Below the pieces are notes generated by a model that worked only from the letters and a program-made list of their open reading frames with translations, made no database searches and was not told where the DNA came from. Shown here piece after piece: positions 60,601 to 64,000 of a stretch of 64,000 bases of DNA (position 1 is its first letter; each line of letters opens with the position of its first letter). The translations under genes and the position numbers were made by a program. Source of the DNA: Lepidodermella squamata. Taxonomy: Eukaryota; Animalia; Gastrotricha. Where the stretch lies: positions 62,001 to 126,000 of the forward strand of contig JBLDXI010000016.1 in the NCBI GenBank assembly GCA_047495785.1, written 5' to 3'.

Positions 60601-63600
60601 ATTATTTCAACTCTGATTCCAGCTTGTGTTTTCGTCGATTTTGGCTCTGATTACGTGGTTGATTCGCGCCGCATCCTCCGAGGCTCTGAGTACATGTGTG
60701 CGAATTTTTATAACGACCTTGAATTACTCCGCACCTTGAGGCCCCTCTCAAAGACTGAACGCCTAACGAGAAAAATTACTCTTCCTGTTACATTTACCAG
60801 GAAGGGTGCTTATACGGTAAAGGCTAGCGTTCGAAACATGGTTGATACCTACGATTGGGTCAGCTATCCTCTGGACATGCAGAAAGCAATTGTTATCACG
60901 AATGGGCCATGCTCGAAACCTATAGTGAACGTTCAAAAGGTTCCCTTCTCACTTCGAAGCCAAGATTTACCGATTCAAGCATCCTTGCGGCGAAACTGCT
61001 CAACGACATTGAGAATCTCGCAAAACTGGAAGATGGAATTTTCAGAAGACCAGGTTTCATGGGAAAATGTTACTACAACTCTCATCCCATCATCGCTGCG
61101 TAGCAATGTTTTCACCGATAAGGAAGGTATCAGCCAAATCAGAGACCTATCACTGTACTTCGAAAAGGGCAAACTTCTAATCGGGTTCTATCGCTTTACT
61201 CTGGAAGTCGATATGCCAGAAGAACCATTTTTCACCGAAAATATCCAGTTTGTCACGGAAATTCAACGGTCCTTAATCATGGCTCAGTTCAAGCCTAATG
61301 TGGCTTTTATAGACGTAGTATCTGGGGAAGGGAAAAGCCACATAATCGACTTCAAATCATCAATTTTCGACCCAGATTCTCCAGGACAGAATAATCTCAA
61401 CATTTCGCTCTACTGCAGGCGCGTTTGCGAAGGGCCCTGGCCTGAGATTGAAGATTATGCTTCCGCATCGGCCTTTGTCAAAAATCCCCAGGCCTATTTC
61501 AAGCCGAAGAAATGCGCCACGACGAGTGCTGCGGATTTCAAACTTAAAGCGGACCTACCAGGGTGTTTTATCTATGGTTGGCATGCTAATCAAGATGCGA
61601 AAACAGGATTAGTACCTGATACTGATCTATCTCCGTCTGTGAACCTACCAGCCCTTGTTCGATCGTTCAATGACCAGAATTCGCGGACTTCCAATGTGAC
61701 AGCCTATAAATATGATGGGAAATCGCTTAGTCTAAGCACAGAATTCATGTTCACGAATCAAAGCTACAACGTTTTAGCAGTGATTTTGGACGAAGCTACA
61801 GAACGATTCGCTGTCGTTAGCCAGTCGTTCGCCTTGAGTACCGAAAGGCCTATCTCAGGCTTAGTAACGTGAGTTTGTCATTCAAAAACTTCTTTTCATA
61901 AGTTTCGCGTATTGCCTAATAGAAACTTGGCCAACTGCGGGAGTAAATACAAACTGGGGTGTCTCGCTAATCCGAATGCGAGAATTTCATTTCGACGGAC
62001 TGTCGAAAACCCAGTATCGGGACAAGTTTATTCTTACAACTGGTATTTCATTCCCATTCCAATCGACCGGTTTTCCGAGTTCGAAGACACCTTAGCAACG
62101 GCCATGGACTCGCAAACCAATCTCCTAGGTTTGGAAACCTTGAAAAACTGGTCTTCGCTAACTTCTACAGGAAGATACGGGCCCGATATTTCATTCAACG
62201 CAAATTCGATTGGTGAAGAGACTAATGTGACGTTGTTTGCGTTGATCTCAGAGGTTAGTTTGGGAAGCAGCTTGCGCCCTGGTAGATCAGCGGTCTTCTT
62301 GTACATTGACCAACCGCCGAATGTAACATCAGCCTCGTGCAGTTACGAGCCAGCGACTGGCATAGCACTGAAGACTCTATTTTCGATTTATTGCCACGGA
62401 TTTTCAGACTCGGACGATGCGGTTTTGAAGAAATTCATTTTCGCGGCGTATAATTGCGAAAATTGCGATCCTATCTTCATTACACCGATAGCTCAAGTCT
62501 ATCCTGAGTTGAAAATGGTCCAATTACCTGTTGGAGATCAGAACAACAACTACAGCGTTACAATACGAGTTTTTGCTTATGATTCTGTGGATGCGATGGC
62601 TTACGTCGATATCACTGGTATCAGGGTTGAGCCACTACACGACTTGCTGTTTATCCAAAGCCAGTTGAATCAGTTGACTACCATGGCTCCTAACTTGACT
62701 GCTGAGCTCCTTGTCAGCCAGCTGTTGCCTCTGATCGACGCTTTGAACTCTTTCTCAGTTACTGAACCTTATGAAGGAAATTGGACTATGCTAAGTAATT
62801 ATACTTCTTTCCTGAGATGATTATTACAATTTCTTCCTTAGATGACCCGAACAACCCTGAATATCAGTCTGAAGCGGATGAAGTCAATGCGGATTTCAGA
62901 CGGTACCAATATGAGATGAACTTCGTAACCAAGGTAGGATAGCTCGATTTAGTGTCTATTTGTCTCACAGTTGAATTTGATTAGGCTCGGGAAGCTGCGA
63001 TCCAGATGCTCCAAGAAGTCGACTCTTCAAAGCTGAACATTCAAGCGTTGAAATCACTATTCTCGTTGACTTCTCTGATCGCTAATGTCCCGGAACAAAT
63101 CACAAGTATCACCGCTCAGCTATCTCTCATCAATTTGATACAGCCGGCAATAGTGAGGGTGTCGAACATATCAAGTGATAGAAGTATTGACCCAAATGAG
63201 CTGGAAATGGTCTCCAGTGCTGGTGTTGCGGCTATGGGAATGCTGTACGAAGCTATCGAGAAAAGGGCGACGTATTCAACGCCATCAAATCCTCTCGGCA
63301 ACCTTTATACTACTACAACTCTTGTTCCTACAACTAGTGACGATTTCTTCACGGATCCCCCGACGACTCAGTCACCTGCTCTGTCTCGACTCATCAGCTC
63401 GATGTTGAAGTTAAAGGATCAGGCGATGAATTTGGTTCTAATTAACAAGGGGGTTAGTGAAAAGCGGACAGTGATTGGCGGTGAGACTTCGAAAATGTCC
63501 CTATCAGCTGATTATATTCGAAATTTGGATGAAGGTTAGTTTAATTTGTATCTTTTCATTGAACATTTTCATTGAATGTTATTCTAGCTGAGATTCTCGT

Positions 63601-64000
63601 TGGTGACGATGATGATTGCGGAAGGTTCAAACTTGGCAATAATACCGAAATATTCGGGCCATCATTCGGGTCCATGAGCAATAGTGCATTTGATGATGTC
63701 AAAATACGGATCAAAGCCTCAATGGATTCTGGAAACATGTATTCTACAGTTCAGAAGAGCCCAACCAAAATCAACTCCCTGATTCAATCTCTTTCTTTGA
63801 CCGATGAGAATGGCAAGGAGATTGTAGTGAAAAATCTCAAACAACCAATTGAAGTCGTGATTGAATCTAAGAATAACGGAACCCCACACAAGATTCTGAC
63901 TGGAGCTTTGAGTTTCGCGACCTCGAGAACGATGAAGTTTTTCAACCTCCCTGTTGTCAAAAACGCTGCTGTTTTCGTGTCTATTGATCAAATTTTCGAT
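45615..64000 (+). CDS. Giant polycystin-1/REJ-like multidomain receptor (partial; 5' start unresolved, continues past the window)
   Basis: Many short introns. In order: C-type lectin (CPAGW...WMG); repeated LamG-like modules (AFWPL, GIWPL, TGP); WSC (YIGCY...MTATKCRQFC...YAGIEGGNICKC); more CTLs; F5/8C (YQLKYSTDGKVW...ARYIRL); PKD repeats (YGDG/FGDG...HTYKSSGNF); REJ-like region (CSKPIV, SIFDPD, PPNVTSASCSYEP..GIALKTLFSIYCHGFSD, VQLPVGD); GAIN-like start (EIVVKNLKQPIEV). Confidence 0.82.

Noticed and set aside
1-64000. rRNA, tRNA or autonomous transposase/reverse transcriptase genes
   Set aside because: No recognisable motifs seen by eye; a tRNAscan/Infernal run would be needed to exclude small RNAs.

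Overview
This is eukaryotic (invertebrate animal) genomic DNA, not a prokaryotic contig. It has GT-AG introns, many only about 45-60 bp, with AT-rich introns and intergenic DNA; the taxon cannot be fixed from sequence alone. From 5' to 3' it contains: (1) a non-autonomous hAT-type DNA transposon with an intact 8-bp target-site duplication; (2) a candidate innate-immune pair, namely a Ser/Thr kinase fused to ten nearly identical 102-bp ankyrin repeats, followed by a spliced SAM-TIR-NB-ARC-ankyrin (NLR/STAND-like) gene with one apparent frameshift; (3) a non-alpha nicotinic-type subunit and three highly divergent, intron-poor Cys-loop channels; (4) a GABA-B-like class C GPCR; (5) four dispersed, alternately oriented, very GC-rich copies of a secreted chitin-binding (CBM14) plus LamG 'Pif-like' gene with almost identical cores but mosaic ends, plus a diverged 3-intron paralog; (6) a small spliced secreted protein resembling a stand-alone M4/M36 peptidase propeptide (FTP+PepSY); (7) an SLC10 transporter; (8) several MITEs; (9) a giant polycystin-1/REJ-like gene running off the right end, in which a lectin/PAN/discoidin cassette appears inserted inside a PKD domain. 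Domain calls come from motif recognition by eye; no database searches were run.
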